From Candidatus Spyradenecus sp. (GTDB lineage Bacteria > Verrucomicrobiota > Verrucomicrobiia > Opitutales > UBA953): a stretch of 64,000 nucleotides of DNA. Every line of letters starts with the position of its first letter. Positions within the stretch are counted from its first letter, which is position 1. The notes under the pieces were generated by a model. It did no database searches and was not told where the DNA came from. It was given only the letters and a program-made list of their open reading frames with translations. Of this stretch, positions 63,028-64,000 are shown in pieces. The DNA is taken from NCBI GenBank assembly GCA_045535075.1, contig JAZSKX010000013.1:32001-96000 (forward strand), given 5' to 3'. A program made the translations under genes and the position numbers.

Positions 63028-63714
63028 ATGGCAACAAAAATTCTGGTAATTGAAGACGACGAAGCGATTCGCGACGTGATTTGTTTTACACTCGAAAATA
63101 ACGGCTACGAAAACGTAATTGCCGCCGGCGACGGCGAATCCGGTTTGCAAATTGCCCGACGGGAACAGCCGTCGCTTGTGCTTTTAGATCTGATGTTGCC
63201 GCAACTGGACGGGCTGAGTGTTTGCCGAGAGCTTAAGCGCGATGAAGCAACGCACAACATTCCCGTGATCATGCTCACGGCAAAAAGCGAGGAAAGCGAC
63301 ATCGTCCTCGGGCTCGAAATGGGCGCCAACGACTATATCACAAAACCTTTTAGCAACAAAGTCCTTGTCGCACGCGTTCGCGCACAACTCCGAAACGGCT
63401 TTGATAAAGAACACAGCGGAGAAATCCGCTACGATGTGCTACTGATGAACACGCTTGAACACACCGCCTCGCTTGACGGCAAGCCCCTCGATCTCACATT
63501 CACCGAATACGGGATTTTGAAATTGCTTGCTAAACGACCGGGACGCGTTTTCACGCGAGACCAAATCGTGACGAAAGTTAAAGGCGATGACTATCCCGTA
63601 ACCGATCGAGCCATCGACGTGCAGATCGTCAATCTTCGACGCAAACTCGGCGCGTGGGGCACGCACATCGAAACGGTGCGCGGAGTCGGTTATCGGATGA
63701 AAGCCAAATTCTAA
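63028..63714 (+). CDS. OmpR/PhoB family response regulator
   Basis: IEDD, LLDLMLP, MLTAK, DYITKPF; winged helix LTFTEY...RAIDVQI..LRRKL...TVRGVGY. Confidence 0.93.
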   Translation: MATKILVIEDDEAIRDVICFTLENNGYENVIAAGDGESGLQIARREQPSLVLLDLMLPQLDGLSVCRELKRDEATHNIPVIMLTAKSEESDIVLGLEMGANDYITKPFSNKVLVARVRAQLRNGFDKEHSGEIRYDVLLMNTLEHTASLDGKPLDLTFTEYGILKLLAKRPGRVFTRDQIVTKVKGDDYPVTDRAIDVQIVNLRRKLGAWGTHIETVRGVGYRMKAKF

Positions 63715-63727
63715 GCGAACCCGCCAC

Positions 63728-64000
63728 ATGAAGTCTCAGGACAAAACCCTTTTTGCGTTCCCGCTCATTCTCATTTTTTTGGTCATAATTTCGGCGGGAG
63801 CGCTCTTTGTTTTCACTAAAAAATTTGAAGAATCCTATGTCGCGGCAGAAAAGCGCGGAGTCATGCTTGAGGCGCAATTCGTTGCCTCGCTGATTTCTCC
63901 GATGCTGGTTGAAGGCGATGTTGAGCGCGTTGCCGAGTTTTGCGAAGGAATTTCGGAAAAATCCCGGCGCATCACGCTGGTGGATTCCGCGGGAACGGTT
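63728..64000 (+). CDS. N-terminus of a PhoR-like sensor histidine kinase (partial)
   Basis: ATG 13 nt after the regulator stop; MKSQDKTLFAFPLILIFLVIISAGALFVF TM segment ... RRITLVDSAGTV, open to the window end. Confidence 0.7.
   Translation, partial: MKSQDKTLFAFPLILIFLVIISAGALFVFTKKFEESYVAAEKRGVMLEAQFVASLISPMLVEGDVERVAEFCEGISEKSRRITLVDSAGTV

Overview
A 64-kb bacterial chromosome segment made up mostly of housekeeping genes. The gene content suggests a host-associated Verrucomicrobiota member, probably Opitutia; this is an inference. It carries a methylmalonyl-CoA cluster (meaB-mce-mutA-mutB), SRP RNA, tRNA-Ser(GGA), tRNA-Cys(GCA), hemN, trpB, dxr, recF, thrC, comF, an alpha-2-macroglobulin, frr, pyrH, rmuC, tsaD, uvrD, cysE, mnmA, pfp, eno, dnaE, rho, coaE and a PhoB/PhoR-like pair. 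The main unexplained signal is a non-palindromic 9-mer, GCGGGAACG/CGTTCCCGC. I counted about 124 perfect copies by hand, roughly 1 per 0.5 kb. They occur on both strands without polarity, inside ORFs in several reading frames, and as inverted pairs forming intrinsic terminators. This matches the behaviour of Neisseria DUS and Pasteurellaceae USS DNA uptake sequences, but the sequence and apparent lineage differ. Other points of interest are a candidate dif site near 33.75 kb, a two-gene accessory locus beside tRNA-Ser (an esterase/sigma70-region-4 fusion and a frameshifted tandem AAA+ ATPase), a Bacteroidales-like DnaE, an A2M lacking its thioester motif, and a Rho with AT-hook-like motifs and a long disordered N-terminus.
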